From: an uncultured delta proteobacterium
GTDB lineage: Bacteria > Desulfobacterota > BSN033 > UBA1163
Direction of reading: 5' to 3'
DNA length: 64,000 bases
NCBI GenBank assembly: GCA_963765435.1
Contig: CAVXWK010000002.1
Coordinates: forward strand, 1,561,664 to 1,625,663
A program made the translations under genes and the position numbers. Positions 8,896 to 19,696 of this stretch are shown here, piece by piece. Position 1 is the stretch's first letter. Every line of letters starts with the position of its first letter. Under the pieces are notes generated by a model. It saw nothing but the letters and a program-made list of their open reading frames with translations, was not told the origin of the DNA and ran no database searches.

Positions 8896-9280
8896 GGAAG
8901 GTGGAAATGCCCGTTGCCAAAATGGTTCCATCCTCTTTGGCCACATAAGCCTTTGCCCTGATTAATCTCCTGCTCACCTCTGTAATTTCGCCGTGGACGC
9001 TTAGTGGTTCGAGGATCGGAGCCGGCTTTTTGAACCTGACCTCTAAAGAAGCGGTCACCGCCTGATACCCTAACTCATAAACCAATTTTGCCATTGCTTC
9101 ATCCAACAAGGTACTGACCATTCCTCCGTGGATGAGTCCGTCCCAGCCCTGGAAGGTCGGACTTGCTATAAAAGTCGATTTGAGGGTTTGCTTCTCCTTG
9201 TCGATCTCAAAACTCAACTGCAACCCATTCGGATTGTTCTTTCCACAGACGAAACAGTTTCCATACGTTTCGAATTTCAT
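8861..9280 (-). CDS. PaaI-family hotdog thioesterase
   Basis: CFVCGKNNPNGLQL...GLIHGGMVSTLLDEAM matches the PaaI/4HBT class II pattern. Confidence 0.7.
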   Translation of the reverse strand: MKFETYGNCFVCGKNNPNGLQLSFEIDKEKQTLKSTFIASPTFQGWDGLIHGGMVSTLLDEAMAKLVYELGYQAVTASLEVRFKKPAPILEPLSVHGEITEVSRRLIRAKAYVAKEDGTILATGISTFLKNSLATAGFL

Positions 9281-9444
9281 CTTCTTCCTCGTTGACCCTG
9301 TACCTGTTTCTTACCCAATCGTTTCCTTTGCTCAAGACATTGAATTTCGGGTTTCCAGAGACCCTATGGATCTCATATATGAAATGGTACAGGGTTGACT
9401 TGATCCTTCAAGCTATCATATAGTTTTGCAAGAGGCATTGTCAA

Positions 9445-10266
9445 TTGATGAAGGTCGATGATCGCTATCTTGAATTGGCCGTCGCCGCGGCCAAAGAGGC
9501 AGGCCGGATCCAAATGCTCCATTTTGGACATTCGCATCCGGTGGAGTACAAAGGAGAATTCAACCCAGTGACGGAGGTAGACCGGCTTTGTGAACGAGCT
9601 ATCGTAAGAATGATCTCGGATGCTTTCCCGGAGCATGATATTCTGACAGAAGAAAGTCCTTTTGAGGGGAAAGGATCCCCATGGAGGTGGATTATCGATC
9701 CTCTTGATGGGACAACCAACTATTTTCACGGGTTTCCTTGTTTCTGTGTCTCCATCGGGCTTGAAATAGAAGGCGAGGTGAAGGTGGGAACGGTTTATAT
9801 TCCAACCCTCAAGGAACTCTTCCATGCGCAAAAAGGAAAGGGCGCCTTTCTCAACGGGAAGCGAATCGCTGTCTCAGAGATCGATCGGTTAAACAAAAGT
9901 TTTCTTTGTACCGGTTTTCCTTACGATGTCCATGAACATGCCGATTTCTATCTTCGCTATTTCCGCCAGTTTCTCACCAAGGGTTTTGCCATTCGGAGAC
10001 CCGGTTCAGCTGCCATTGATCTTTCTTACTTAGCAGCGGGCCGTTTCGATGGTTTCTGGGAATTTAAACTCCACCCCTGGGATGTGGCGGCAGCGACTTT
10101 GATGATTACTGAAGCGGGGGGTAAGGTGAGTGATCTTGAAGGCCGACCGTATGATATCTATTCTGAGGAGATCCTGGCTTCCAATGGATTGGTTCATGAA
10201 GAAATGCTTCAAACCATCCAAGAGATTAACGCAGAGCGCAAAGAGCCTAGCGAATTAAGTTCATAA
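9445..10266 (+). CDS. suhB: Inositol monophosphatase family protein
   Basis: Motifs TEESP, IIDPLDGTTNY and HPWDVAAA are present. The last ~13 codons are encoded by a REP-E-like repeat. Confidence 0.85.
   Translation: MMKVDDRYLELAVAAAKEAGRIQMLHFGHSHPVEYKGEFNPVTEVDRLCERAIVRMISDAFPEHDILTEESPFEGKGSPWRWIIDPLDGTTNYFHGFPCFCVSIGLEIEGEVKVGTVYIPTLKELFHAQKGKGAFLNGKRIAVSEIDRLNKSFLCTGFPYDVHEHADFYLRYFRQFLTKGFAIRRPGSAAIDLSYLAAGRFDGFWEFKLHPWDVAAATLMITEAGGKVSDLEGRPYDIYSEEILASNGLVHEEMLQTIQEINAERKEPSELSS
10225..10258. repeat. REP-E-like element inside the 3' end of suhB
   Basis: attaacgcagagcgcaaagagcctagcgaatt resembles attaacgctatgcgcagagcgctaagcgctt, which is the reverse complement of 43691-43726. Confidence 0.5.
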
Positions 10267-10276
10267 AAGAGACAGA

Positions 10277-11626
10277 GTGTTGAAGAAGCAGACAGAACTT
10301 TTTCAGAAGAAGGAAACAGATCTTTTTAAAAGAGAGGCCCCCCTTGCCGATCGGATGAGGCCTCGAACATTGAGTGAATTTGTTGGTCAGGATCAGCTCC
10401 TGGGGCAGGGAAAGGTTCTCCGGCAGGCCATCGAATCCGATCATCTTCCCTCCATGATTTTATGGGGACCTCCCGGGTCAGGCAAGACAACCCTAGCCAT
10501 GATCATTGCCTCCACCACAGGTGCTCAATTCCTCGCCTTCAGCGCCGTCCTTTCAGGGGTGAAGGAGATCAAAGAGGTCATCCAGGAGGCAGAGGAAGAA
10601 TGGAAATACAGTAAGCGGCGGACGATCCTTTTTGTGGATGAGATCCATCGATTCAACAAAGCCCAGCAGGACGCTTTCCTACCCCATGTGGAGAGAGGAA
10701 CCATCATCCTCATCGGAGCTACCACAGAAAACCCATCCTTTGAAGTCATTTCTCCATTGCTATCCAGGACAAAGGTCTTCACCCTCCAATCCTTAAAGGA
10801 GGAAGAGATTGAATTGATCTTAAGCCGGGCTTTGACGGATAGAGAAAAGGGATTAGGCAAGTATCAAACGGCAATCGAGCCAGAGGTCGTCAAAGGTATT
10901 TGCCAGCTGGCGAATGGAGACGCAAGGGCGGCCTTGAATACGTTGGAAATGCTCGTCTTGACAACTTCACCCGACGAAGAGGGCATTCGTCAGATCAAGA
11001 AAGAGGATTTAAAAGATGTTCTTCAAAGGAAGGCCTACCTTTACGACAAGTCTGGGGAAGAGCATTATAACCTCGTTTCAGCATTGCACAAGAGCCTGAG
11101 AGGGAGCGACCCTGATGCAGCGCTCTACTGGCTGGGAAGAATGTTGGAGGCAGGGGAGGATCCGCTCTACATTGCACGCCGGATGATCCGGTTTGCCTCG
11201 GAAGATGTGGGGATGGCGGATCCTCAGGCATTACAGGTGGCGGTGGCGGCTCAGCAGGCCTTCCATTTTGTCGGTCTGCCGGAAGGGAATTTGGCCCTTG
11301 CCCAGGCGGCGGTTTATTTGGCCACAGTTCCGAAATCGAATGCGCTCTACACGGCATTTCAGAGGGTTCAGAGGGAGGTTCGAGAAACCGAGAATATGCC
11401 TGTTCCACTCCATATTCGGAATGCTCCTACCCAGTTGATGGGAGATCTGGGTTATGGGAAAGACTACAAGTATCCCCATGATTATCCGGACCATTTTGTT
11501 GAAGAGGAATACCTTCCTGAAAACCTCAAAGGAAGAACCTATTATCACCCAACCGAACAGGGGTTTGAGAAAGAGATCAAAAGAAGGCTGGAATATTGGA
11601 GAAGGAAGAAAAACGAGAAAAAGTAG
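10277..11626 (+). CDS. rarA: Replication-associated recombination protein A (AAA+ ATPase)
   Basis: GTG start. Walker [10 protein letters not shown], Walker [12 protein letters not shown], and an MgsA C-terminal region ([24 protein letters not shown]). Confidence 0.9.
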   Translation: MLKKQTELFQKKETDLFKREAPLADRMRPRTLSEFVGQDQLLGQGKVLRQAIESDHLPSMILWGPPGSGKTTLAMIIASTTGAQFLAFSAVLSGVKEIKEVIQEAEEEWKYSKRRTILFVDEIHRFNKAQQDAFLPHVERGTIILIGATTENPSFEVISPLLSRTKVFTLQSLKEEEIELILSRALTDREKGLGKYQTAIEPEVVKGICQLANGDARAALNTLEMLVLTTSPDEEGIRQIKKEDLKDVLQRKAYLYDKSGEEHYNLVSALHKSLRGSDPDAALYWLGRMLEAGEDPLYIARRMIRFASEDVGMADPQALQVAVAAQQAFHFVGLPEGNLALAQAAVYLATVPKSNALYTAFQRVQREVRETENMPVPLHIRNAPTQLMGDLGYGKDYKYPHDYPDHFVEEEYLPENLKGRTYYHPTEQGFEKEIKRRLEYWRRKKNEKK

Positions 11627-11707
11627 CAAGTCTTTCCTGAAATTGCGGAAGTTGTAGTACCGGTGAAAAACTACATCCGTTCTTAATATCGCAGGAGGCA
11701 ATATTTT

Positions 11708-12814
11708 ATGTCCGATCAGCAATTGCGTTCCGCTTTTGAGCCCGTTGAATTCATGGGTCTAAACCTACGCAACCGATTCATCCGTTCCGCAACCATGGAA
11801 GGAATGCTTTCGACCAACGGCGTCCCAGGGGCTGAGCTTAAGGACCTCTATCAAAGGATAGCCAAAGGCGGGGTTGGACTCATCTCAACCAGTAGCTGTC
11901 TTCCGGACCCTGACTGGTCTATGGGTTCCCAGCGACAGTTGATGCTTTACGCTGGAACCGATCATTCGGCTTGGGAGGAGTTTACCCAAGCGATTCACAG
12001 CCACGGGGCTCTCATTTCCCTGCAAATGTCGCCTTTCATGCGTATACGAGACCAGTGGGTCGGGCCGTCCGAATACCGACCCGGCGTGCACGCGCTTACG
12101 GCTGACGAGATCGATCTCATCGCCTCACTCTACGCTGGGATGGCAACATTGGCCCGCAGAGTTGGTTTCGACGCGGTTCAGGTTCACGCAGGTCATGGCT
12201 ATGGGTTATCCCAATTTCTGTCGCCTTATTTCAACCGCCGCCACGATGCATACGGTGGATCGGTCGAAAACCGCGCCCACATTCTCGTTCAAATCCGGAA
12301 GGCCATTAGCGAAAATGTCGGCGTTGATTTTCCAGTCTGGATCAAGATGAATTCCTTTGACGGTATCCCCGGCGGATTAATCTCGGACCAAGCCGCCGAA
12401 TACGCCCCATTGCTGGAGGAAGCAGGCTACGGCGCTATCGAAGTCACTGGCGGCGCTATCGGCGGCAGCCACGATTCCCGGGGAGCTCTTGATAAAGACC
12501 AGTGGTTCGAGGGCTTTTACCTGGAAGGAGCGGCCAAGGTGAAAGCCGCCACTCACCTGCCCGTTGCAGCCGTGGGAGGTATTCGCAAACTGGACATGAT
12601 TGAGAAGATTCTTTCTGAAGGCGTCGCGGATATGATCTCTCTAAGCCGGCCCTTGGTCCGCGAGCCCGATCTGGTCAATCGCTGGGCTAAAGGAGACAAA
12701 AACCCGGCACGCTGCATCTCGTGCAATGGCTGCTTTAAAATGATGGCGGAAGGTGAAGGGTTATTTTGTGTCCAGGATAAAGAAGGAAACAATCATGAGA
12801 AACCGCAACCGTAA
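11708..12814 (+). CDS. NADH:flavin oxidoreductase (Old Yellow Enzyme family)
   Basis: LRNRFIRSATMEG, DAVQVHAGHGYGLSQFLSP and ADMISLSRPLVREPDL are typical OYE/2,4-dienoyl-CoA-reductase N-domain patterns. Confidence 0.8.
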   Translation: MSDQQLRSAFEPVEFMGLNLRNRFIRSATMEGMLSTNGVPGAELKDLYQRIAKGGVGLISTSSCLPDPDWSMGSQRQLMLYAGTDHSAWEEFTQAIHSHGALISLQMSPFMRIRDQWVGPSEYRPGVHALTADEIDLIASLYAGMATLARRVGFDAVQVHAGHGYGLSQFLSPYFNRRHDAYGGSVENRAHILVQIRKAISENVGVDFPVWIKMNSFDGIPGGLISDQAAEYAPLLEEAGYGAIEVTGGAIGGSHDSRGALDKDQWFEGFYLEGAAKVKAATHLPVAAVGGIRKLDMIEKILSEGVADMISLSRPLVREPDLVNRWAKGDKNPARCISCNGCFKMMAEGEGLFCVQDKEGNNHEKPQP

Positions 12815-12838
12815 ACGGAATTTTACCACAATCTCCGT

Positions 12839-13588
12839 TCACTTCTTTTGCTTTATGCCTTCGCCGGTCATGGGGACGAAGATAACGGGAACGACATCGA
12901 TGGTCTCGACTTTTCCAGACCGCTTGACAATTTTCTTCAATTCCTGTGCATAAGTCCCAACCGGAACGACCATTCGTCCTCCCTCTTTTAACTGGTTCAT
13001 AAGAGGTTGTGGAATGTGGTCAGGGGCAGCGGTGACGATGACGGCGTCAAACGGTGCTGCCTCGGGCCATCCCAAATAGCCGTCCCCAGATTTTACCTTC
13101 ACGTTTCGATAACCCAGTTCCAGAAGTCGATTGTTTGCCCTGGAGGCAAGGGATTCGATAATTTCGATGGTATAAACTTCTTTGGCCAATTCCGCTAGGA
13201 TAGCGGCTTGATATCCCGAACCCGTCCCGATTTCCAACACCTTCTCATCTCCTTTCAGTTCTAAGAGTTCGGTCATGAGGGCAACAATATAAGGCTGTGA
13301 GATGGTCTGGCCCTCTCCAATGGGAAGAGGCTGATCAGAGTAGGCGGAGTTCAAATATTCTTCTGGGACAAACCGGTGTCGCTCTACCTTGCGCAGTGCA
13401 GAAAGGACACGGGGGTCTTTCACTCCTCTGGCCTTGATTTGAGTCTCCACCATCTTGTCGCGCATGGCTTTGAAATCTCCCTCCGGGTCTGGTTCGGAAA
13501 CCCCGGTTCCGTTGGTGCATTGTGTCAACGCCATGGGAAGAATAAGAAAAGCTAAGGTTACAAATATCATCCTCCGCATCGTCATCAA
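12839..13588 (-). CDS. pcm: Protein-L-isoaspartate O-methyltransferase, with signal peptide
   Basis: [35 protein letters not shown] and the C-terminal FVPMTG are present. Confidence 0.85.
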   Translation of the reverse strand: MMTMRRMIFVTLAFLILPMALTQCTNGTGVSEPDPEGDFKAMRDKMVETQIKARGVKDPRVLSALRKVERHRFVPEEYLNSAYSDQPLPIGEGQTISQPYIVALMTELLELKGDEKVLEIGTGSGYQAAILAELAKEVYTIEIIESLASRANNRLLELGYRNVKVKSGDGYLGWPEAAPFDAVIVTAAPDHIPQPLMNQLKEGGRMVVPVGTYAQELKKIVKRSGKVETIDVVPVIFVPMTGEGIKQKK

Positions 13589-13635
13589 CCTATCATAGTT
13601 GTGAAAATCCTGTCAATCCTTGACAATTTTTCCAT

Positions 13636-16600
13636 ATGTTTGATACTTTTCTAACAAAGGATGAGATGATGTTGAACTCGTTCGCTAAAATTTTGAGCCT
13701 CCTTCTGTTGATCTCGATCACCTTTACTTTTCCCGTTCTCCAAAGCCAGGGACAATACCAAAATCATACGGGGCCATCGGAACTCATCTTCTTTGGAAAG
13801 CAGGAGACCAAATGGATCGAGAAGAGGGAGGCCTCCCTTCCCATGATGATGGGGCAAGGAATAAAAGAAGAACCTTGGGTAGATTCCTTCGATTTGAGAG
13901 AAGAGTCGATCGGACCGACGGAGAAGATGAGCCCGGCCACAACGCAGCCTGGCTGCGCCTATTCAAGCCGGTTCACCTCGGGTCTGACAAAACCCTTTGT
14001 CGGAGACAGAGCCCTTTATGAACAAGGAAGATATCGTTATATGAAAGGGGCTTACGAAGATGCTTTCACTTCTTTCCAGAAGCTTATCCGACAATATCCT
14101 CGGAGTGAGTTGATTGGACCTTCCTATTACTGGATGGGAGAGGCGAGATATCACCAGGCGAGGGATGAGGAAGCGTTTTCGTATTTTCACAACGTCGTTG
14201 AAAAATATCCTGAAAGTAAATTCTATGGCTATGCCCTTTATGCCTGTGGATGGATTCGACTCAAACACGGTGCCTATGAGGATGGGTATCGATTCTTTCA
14301 TCAAGTCCATGAAAAAACTCCTGCCCTGCCCATTGCTGAATCTTCCCTTTTTTGGTCCGGGTACTCCCTCTATCAGCTTGGTCGATATCCAGAGGCACTT
14401 CAGGGGGCGGAGGCCCTTCTTCAAAAATACCCCGGTGGGAAGTTGCGATCCGAGGCCGAATATTTGATCGGTATCAGCTACTTTCGGCTCAAAAGGTTCA
14501 AAGAAGCGGCAGACCAGTTCAAGGATTTCTGGAGACGTTATCCAGGGCACCCCTTGGAGGAGAGTTCACGATACGCCCTGGCCTGGAGTCTAGTCTCACT
14601 CGGACAATATTCGGAAGGGAGAAAAACCTTTGAGGACATTCTCCTCGCCTATCCGGGAACCAAACTTTCAGATCCGATCTTCTGGGGAATTGTAAAGACC
14701 TATTTGGGCGCCGACGACGTGGAGGGGGCCACGCTCCTCTATCAAAGGTTTCTCTCGCAATTTCTCCCCTCTCCTTGGTTGGAGCAATGTCTATTCGATA
14801 TCGGACAATACTACTTCGGTAAGAAAGAATACTCCCAGGCCGCAACTACCTTTCATCAATTCCTCAAGACTTACCCCGAAAGTGAACTTCACGAGTGGGC
14901 CCATTTCATGCTGGGAGAAAGCCTGTTTAATCAGAAAGATTATGCAGGTGCGATCGCGTCTTACCAACAAGTCTTGGAAGATAGGGGAAGGGCGAGACTG
15001 GAGCCCCAGGTCTTCTCAAAATTGGGTTACGCTCATTTCTATTTAAAAAAATATGAAGCGGCCATTCAATACTGGGAGAGACTCCTTGCCGATTTTCCTA
15101 ATTTATCGGAGAAGAATGAAATTATTTACTGGTTAGCCGAAGCTTCGCTTCTAAAACAGGATTATCGAAAAGGGGTTGAATATGTGGACAAATTGCAGGG
15201 AGATCCGGCGTTATACCCGAAAGGACTGACGAGTTTGGGATGGTACCACTATCAACGGCGGGAGTGGAAGGAGGCAAGCCAATATTTCCTGAAGATCGTC
15301 ACAGAATTTCCTCACTATCGGTCCACGCCCCCCGTCTTCCTGATGGTGGCGGAATGTTATTTGAATCAGAATGAATATCAGAAGGCCAAGACCTATTTAA
15401 TGCGACTGGCCTCCATGACCGAAGGGAACGAAGATAAAGACAAGGCACACTATCTGCTTGGATGGGTGGCTTATCGAGAGGAACGATTTGATGAGGCGAT
15501 CAGTCAATTTCAGAAGCTCTTGAAATCCAATCCGCTGAGTGCCTATGCGGATGAATCCCAGTACTGGATTGGATGGTCCCATTTCCGGAAGAAAGAGTTC
15601 CAAAAAGCGATTGAAGAATTTCAACGTCTTGCCCAGAACTACCCCGAAAGCGCTTACGTGCCTCCCGCGCTTCTGAAGATAGGAGACGGGCATTATAACC
15701 TCAAAGAGTATACCCTATCGGCCAATGCTTACTCCAATGTGGTGAGGGCCTATCCGAAATCAAAAGAAGCACCGGAAGCTGATTTCGGAATTCTCCTTTG
15801 CCTTCTTCAAGAAAAGAAATACGACTCCTTTATTTCGCGGGTGGAAGCTTTTTTGAAACGATATCCTCAGCATGACCTCTCCGTTGAAGCCCTGATGCAG
15901 TTAGGAGAGTACTACCAACGAGAACGAATGAATGAAAAAGCGGTGAATACCTATCGAGAGCTGACCGGCCTCTATCCGAACAGTGAGTGGGCGGAGGAGG
16001 CGCAGTTCCGCATGGCCCTTCTCTTCATACAGGATAAAAGATGGACTGAAGCGGTCGAAGAGATGGATAAAGTGTTTCGTCGTTCTCCGCAGGGTCATCT
16101 TTTCGTCGAAGCCCAGATCGAATTAGGCGGTCTCTATCTTCTTCTCAAAGATTACCCGAAAGCTATCGAGCGATATGAGTGGGTGATCAAAAATCATCCG
16201 CAGCATCCGTTAGTCAAAAGAGCCTATCTGGGGATGGAGGAAGGATACCGGAGCCTGGGTAAGATGGATCAGGCTGAGAAGGTTTTGAAAGAACTGGTGG
16301 GTGCTTTTCCCCAGGGTGACATCCAGTTTGAAGGACAATTGAGGTTAGGGATTCTCTACCTCGCCCAGAAGAAATATGGGGAGGCCGTCGCTGCCTTTTC
16401 CGCGGCGGCTCGAAGCCCTGAAGAGTCCGTGGCCAGTCAGGCTCAATTTAAGATGGGGGAAGTCTATTTGGAGGCAGGAAACAGGGAATCGGCTTTGGTT
16501 CAATTTTCAAAGGTGGTTTACCTCTATCCCCATCACTCCGACCTGATGGAAGAGGCTCTTCTGAAATTGGGGACTCTCTATCTGGACGAGAAAAAAATAT

Positions 16601-16710
16601 CTGAGGCCAGACAGGTCTACCAGAAATTGTTGGACAAGAGCAAAAGGCAGGATCGGAAAGAGGCGGCCCAAAAAATGCTCAACCAGATGGATAGAGGGGC
16701 TATTCGCTGA
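13636..16710 (+). CDS. Large secreted TPR-repeat protein (YbgF/CpoB-like repeats)
   Basis: 1024 aa with an N-terminal signal-like segment. There are more than 15 recurring units of the form Y..A...Y..G.Y..A...F..L...YP.S. Confidence 0.75.
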   Translation: MFDTFLTKDEMMLNSFAKILSLLLLISITFTFPVLQSQGQYQNHTGPSELIFFGKQETKWIEKREASLPMMMGQGIKEEPWVDSFDLREESIGPTEKMSPATTQPGCAYSSRFTSGLTKPFVGDRALYEQGRYRYMKGAYEDAFTSFQKLIRQYPRSELIGPSYYWMGEARYHQARDEEAFSYFHNVVEKYPESKFYGYALYACGWIRLKHGAYEDGYRFFHQVHEKTPALPIAESSLFWSGYSLYQLGRYPEALQGAEALLQKYPGGKLRSEAEYLIGISYFRLKRFKEAADQFKDFWRRYPGHPLEESSRYALAWSLVSLGQYSEGRKTFEDILLAYPGTKLSDPIFWGIVKTYLGADDVEGATLLYQRFLSQFLPSPWLEQCLFDIGQYYFGKKEYSQAATTFHQFLKTYPESELHEWAHFMLGESLFNQKDYAGAIASYQQVLEDRGRARLEPQVFSKLGYAHFYLKKYEAAIQYWERLLADFPNLSEKNEIIYWLAEASLLKQDYRKGVEYVDKLQGDPALYPKGLTSLGWYHYQRREWKEASQYFLKIVTEFPHYRSTPPVFLMVAECYLNQNEYQKAKTYLMRLASMTEGNEDKDKAHYLLGWVAYREERFDEAISQFQKLLKSNPLSAYADESQYWIGWSHFRKKEFQKAIEEFQRLAQNYPESAYVPPALLKIGDGHYNLKEYTLSANAYSNVVRAYPKSKEAPEADFGILLCLLQEKKYDSFISRVEAFLKRYPQHDLSVEALMQLGEYYQRERMNEKAVNTYRELTGLYPNSEWAEEAQFRMALLFIQDKRWTEAVEEMDKVFRRSPQGHLFVEAQIELGGLYLLLKDYPKAIERYEWVIKNHPQHPLVKRAYLGMEEGYRSLGKMDQAEKVLKELVGAFPQGDIQFEGQLRLGILYLAQKKYGEAVAAFSAAARSPEESVASQAQFKMGEVYLEAGNRESALVQFSKVVYLYPHHSDLMEEALLKLGTLYLDEKKISEARQVYQKLLDKSKRQDRKEAAQKMLNQMDRGAIR

Positions 16711-17534
16711 TGTTCATACGATCGAAGAAAAACTCGAATCGCCTCTTGCTTCTCATCGGAGTTTTCTTTACTCTCGTCGTGTGTCTGGCGTGTATTTTTA
16801 TTTTTGTCCCTCCCCTCCATATCCGTCTGAGGGATGGATGGAACGCTCTGACGCATGAAAGCAAAAGGATTTTAGGTTGGGAGAAAGGCGAGATTTCTCC
16901 CGAGGAGAAACGGATACGGGAAGACGTCATTCTTAAGAAGATGGAAGAGGCTAGTGCCCGGGAGGATTGGAGGTCCCTCGCCCCGGAGTATCCTCGAACG
17001 AAGAGGCTCGAATCCCCCAATGCCGAAGAGAAGATGAAAGTCCTGAGAAATTCATCGGAGTTTAAAGAAGTGGATCAAGAATTAAAAGAATATTTGAAAA
17101 ACCGGGAGGCTCTTTTTTATCCAGAAGCTCCTAGCCCTTCTTTCAAGGATGCCGCCGACTTGGTCTCCCGAAAGGATAAGGGAGCGGAGAGGGTGATCGA
17201 TAGGCTTCTGAAGTCCAAGGAAGCAAATGATCAGGAAAAGCCCCTGGAGGAAAACCTTCGGCTGGGGATAAAGGGGTCTCTGGTCAGGCGGAAGGTTCTG
17301 GAGAGGCCCGATCTCCCTCAGGGTAAGGTGAAAGTGGAAGCAGAGATCGAGTTGACGCTCTGGGTATTACCCACTGGGACAGTGGATCGAGTCGTCCCAT
17401 CGGTCAAAGGGGATACGGAACTGGAAAGGATTGCGATCCAGTACTTGAAACAATGGCGGTTTGCTCCGCTCGCGAAAGATCAACCCCAGGTTGAACAATC
17501 GGGGACCATTCCCATCAAATTCAAGCTCCAGTAG
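16710..17534 (+). CDS. TonB C-terminal domain-like membrane protein
   Basis: N-terminal TM segment. The C-terminus VKVEAEIELTLWVLPTGTVDRVVPSVKGDTELERIAIQYLKQWRFAP resembles the TonB_C fold. The start overlaps the TPR stop (TGATG). Confidence 0.55.
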   Translation: MFIRSKKNSNRLLLLIGVFFTLVVCLACIFIFVPPLHIRLRDGWNALTHESKRILGWEKGEISPEEKRIREDVILKKMEEASAREDWRSLAPEYPRTKRLESPNAEEKMKVLRNSSEFKEVDQELKEYLKNREALFYPEAPSPSFKDAADLVSRKDKGAERVIDRLLKSKEANDQEKPLEENLRLGIKGSLVRRKVLERPDLPQGKVKVEAEIELTLWVLPTGTVDRVVPSVKGDTELERIAIQYLKQWRFAPLAKDQPQVEQSGTIPIKFKLQ

Positions 17535-17587
17535 AAGAGAGAAATTACTGAGAGTACCCAATTGCTTGTTTTAGGAACCACGAAAGG

Positions 17588-17690
17588 TTGTCATTGCGAG
17601 CCCGAAGCCCTGCACCGCATGGTGTTCAGGGCGAAGGGCGTGGCAATCTCGCTTTGAGATTGCTTCGTCGTTACACTCCTCGCAATGACC
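17588..17690. repeat. REP-D element (tgtcattgcgag...ctcgcaatgacc)
   Basis: Terminal inverted arms gtcattgcgag and ctcgcaatgac. The interior holds gaagggcgtggcaatctc and gagattgcttcgtcg. Only one copy is seen in the window. Confidence 0.7.
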
Positions 17691-17731
17691 TCCGGGGTCG
17701 GCGCAAACTATAATATGCTCCGTTTAATAGA

Positions 17732-18034
17732 ATGAGAAAAAGGCGTATTCTTATTTTAATTCTCATTTCGCTTTTGATTTTTGGGAGCCTCACCTTCTTT
17801 GGGGAAAAGGGAATCTTCCACCTTTTTGGCCTCCAGAAGGAATTGGCGCGGATCAAGGACAAGAATTCCAAGTTGGAGGAGGAGAATCAAAAGTTGAAGG
17901 AAGAGGTAAAACGGTTACAGAGTGACAAGCGCTATATCGAGGAGATCGCCCGGAAGGAACTGGGAATGGTCAAGGAAGGAGAGATCATTTATCAATTTGA
18001 TACCCCTTCGAAAGGAAAGGAGCAAGCGAAATGA
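17732..18034 (+). CDS. ftsB: Septum formation initiator (FtsB/DivIC family)
   Basis: 100 aa. An N-terminal TM is followed by a coiled coil (LQKELARIKDKNSKLEEENQKLKEEVKRLQSD) and YIEEIARKELGMVKEGE. Confidence 0.7.
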   Translation: MRKRRILILILISLLIFGSLTFFGEKGIFHLFGLQKELARIKDKNSKLEEENQKLKEEVKRLQSDKRYIEEIARKELGMVKEGEIIYQFDTPSKGKEQAK

Positions 18035-18900
18035 AATACGAGGGAATGATCTTCCGGCCCCCCAGCGAAGCGGACAGCTTGATCCTTCAGGCCACGGTGG
18101 GTTGCTCTTACAATCGGTGTACTTTTTGCGGGGCCTATCAGGGGAAGCGCTTCCGGATCAAGAGGTTCGAGGAGATCAAAGAAGATATCGATGAAGTGAG
18201 TCCGCATAAAGTTCGAAGGGTATTCCTGGCGGATGGCGATGCGTTGAGCATCCCTCAAAAAGGACTGCTTCAAATCCTCTCCTATCTGGAAGCAAAATTA
18301 AAGGGGCTCGAAAGGGTGGGGGTGTACGCCAATGCAAACGACATCCTTCGGAAAGAGGTGGAGGAGCTCAAAGCCCTAAAGGGCCTGGGTTTGGGAATAA
18401 TCTATCTGGGCTTGGAGTCCGGAGATCCGGAAGTATTGAAGCGAATTAAGAAGAATGCCGCTGTGGATCAATTGATCCGTGCCGGGAAAAGAGTAAAGGA
18501 ATCGGGGATCCTTCTCTCGGTGACTGTGATCTTAGGCATCGGTGGTGTGGAAGGCAGTCAGACGCACGCTGTGGAGACCGGAAAAGTTCTCTCGGAGATG
18601 GATCCGGACTATGTCGGTGCACTTTCTTTGATGATTGTTCCCGGAACACCCGTGGAGGAGGAGATCGAAACAGGAAAATTGGTCCTGCCCACTCCGTTCG
18701 GTCTGATCCAAGAGCTGGAAACGATGATTACCCATTGCCGATTGACCCATTGTTTTTTTGCTTCCAATCACGCCTCCAACTATCTCCCCCTTCGAATTCA
18801 AATGCCAGAGCAGAAAGAAGAAGCCCTTAAGCGCATTCGAGAAGTCCTCCGGAGGAAGGACCCGGAATTACTACGGCCTGAGTATTTAAGAGCGTTGTGA
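18031..18900 (+). CDS. Radical SAM protein
   Basis: CSYNRCTFC is a CX4CX2C cluster motif near the N-terminus, an atypical spacing versus the canonical CX3CX2C, with a TIM-like core following. It overlaps ftsB by 4 nt. Confidence 0.7.
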   Translation: MKYEGMIFRPPSEADSLILQATVGCSYNRCTFCGAYQGKRFRIKRFEEIKEDIDEVSPHKVRRVFLADGDALSIPQKGLLQILSYLEAKLKGLERVGVYANANDILRKEVEELKALKGLGLGIIYLGLESGDPEVLKRIKKNAAVDQLIRAGKRVKESGILLSVTVILGIGGVEGSQTHAVETGKVLSEMDPDYVGALSLMIVPGTPVEEEIETGKLVLPTPFGLIQELETMITHCRLTHCFFASNHASNYLPLRIQMPEQKEEALKRIREVLRRKDPELLRPEYLRAL

Positions 18901-18906
18901 AACACA

Positions 18907-19048
18907 AGGGCTCGAGGGGTCTAGGATTCAAGGGTCCGAGCGAAATGTCGAAGCCCCTTTTGTCATTGAGTAACTCAATCTTTAGGACGTGATACCGGTT
19001 TGAATACCAAAGGCTTGAACCCATGAACCCTCGAATCCTTGAACCCTT
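18907..19048. repeat. MITE-like element bounded by imperfect inverted arrays of G-rich 7-8-mers
   Basis: Left arm: aagggctcgaggggtctaggattcaagggtccgag. Right arm: cttgaacccatgaaccctcgaatccttgaaccctt, whose reverse complement is aagggttcaaggattcgagggttcatgggttcaag. Confidence 0.6.
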
Positions 19049-19113
19049 TGCGACAAACCTGTTATAAACCAAGTCCAAAGAAATAGAAGAGAAGTTGGGA
19101 GGAATTACAAGTG

Positions 19114-19515
19114 ATGAAGGACCTTGTGGATGTGGATATTCGAGTGAGGTATGCCGAGACGGACCAAATGGGGGTAGCTTACTATGCCAACTACCTCGTT
19201 TGGTTTGAAGTAGGGCGGTCAGAGTTCTGCCGAGAGAGGGGATTCCGCTATGTTGATTTGGAGGCGTTGGGATACAAGCTTGTGGTCATTGACGTTCATT
19301 GCCGGTATCGGAGTTCGGCTCGATATGATGAATCGGTCATCGTACAGACTCGCTTGAAGGGAGCCAATAAGCGGTTGATCACCTTCGGGTATCAGATCCT
19401 TCGTAAAGACCGAGAGGAGGTGATTGCGGAGGGAGAGACCCAACACATCTGCGTCGATTCAAGTGGTAAAACAAAAAGCCTACCTGAAAAATTCCTGGCT
19501 ACTCTAAGCGGGTAG
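19114..19515 (+). CDS. YbgC/4HBT-family acyl-CoA thioesterase
   Basis: VRYAETDQMGVAYYANYLVWFEVGRSEF is the classic YbgC N-terminal active-site region. Confidence 0.8.
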   Translation: MKDLVDVDIRVRYAETDQMGVAYYANYLVWFEVGRSEFCRERGFRYVDLEALGYKLVVIDVHCRYRSSARYDESVIVQTRLKGANKRLITFGYQILRKDREEVIAEGETQHICVDSSGKTKSLPEKFLATLSG

Positions 19516-19591
19516 TTTCTTATTTCCAAATCTTCCGAATAATTACCAATGAGTCCATAATTGAGAAGACGTAGTTACACTACTCCGACAA

Positions 19592-19677
19592 ATCCCCATC
19601 CCCCTTTCGACCTTACCCTTGCAGGGGGAGGAATGTGGGGATTTCCCTCCCCTTCAGGAGAAGGGGAAGGGTGGGGG
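19592..19677. repeat. Two tandem REP-A palindromes
   Basis: atccccatcccc...gcagggggaggaatgtggggat followed by ttccctccccttcaggagaaggggaagggtggggg. Confidence 0.8.
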
Positions 19678-19696
19678 TAACCAGAGGTCTATTCAA

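Noticed and set aside
13963-14550. 195-aa minus-strand ORF inside the TPR gene
   Set aside because: It is antisense to a continuous 1024-aa TPR reading frame and has no motifs.
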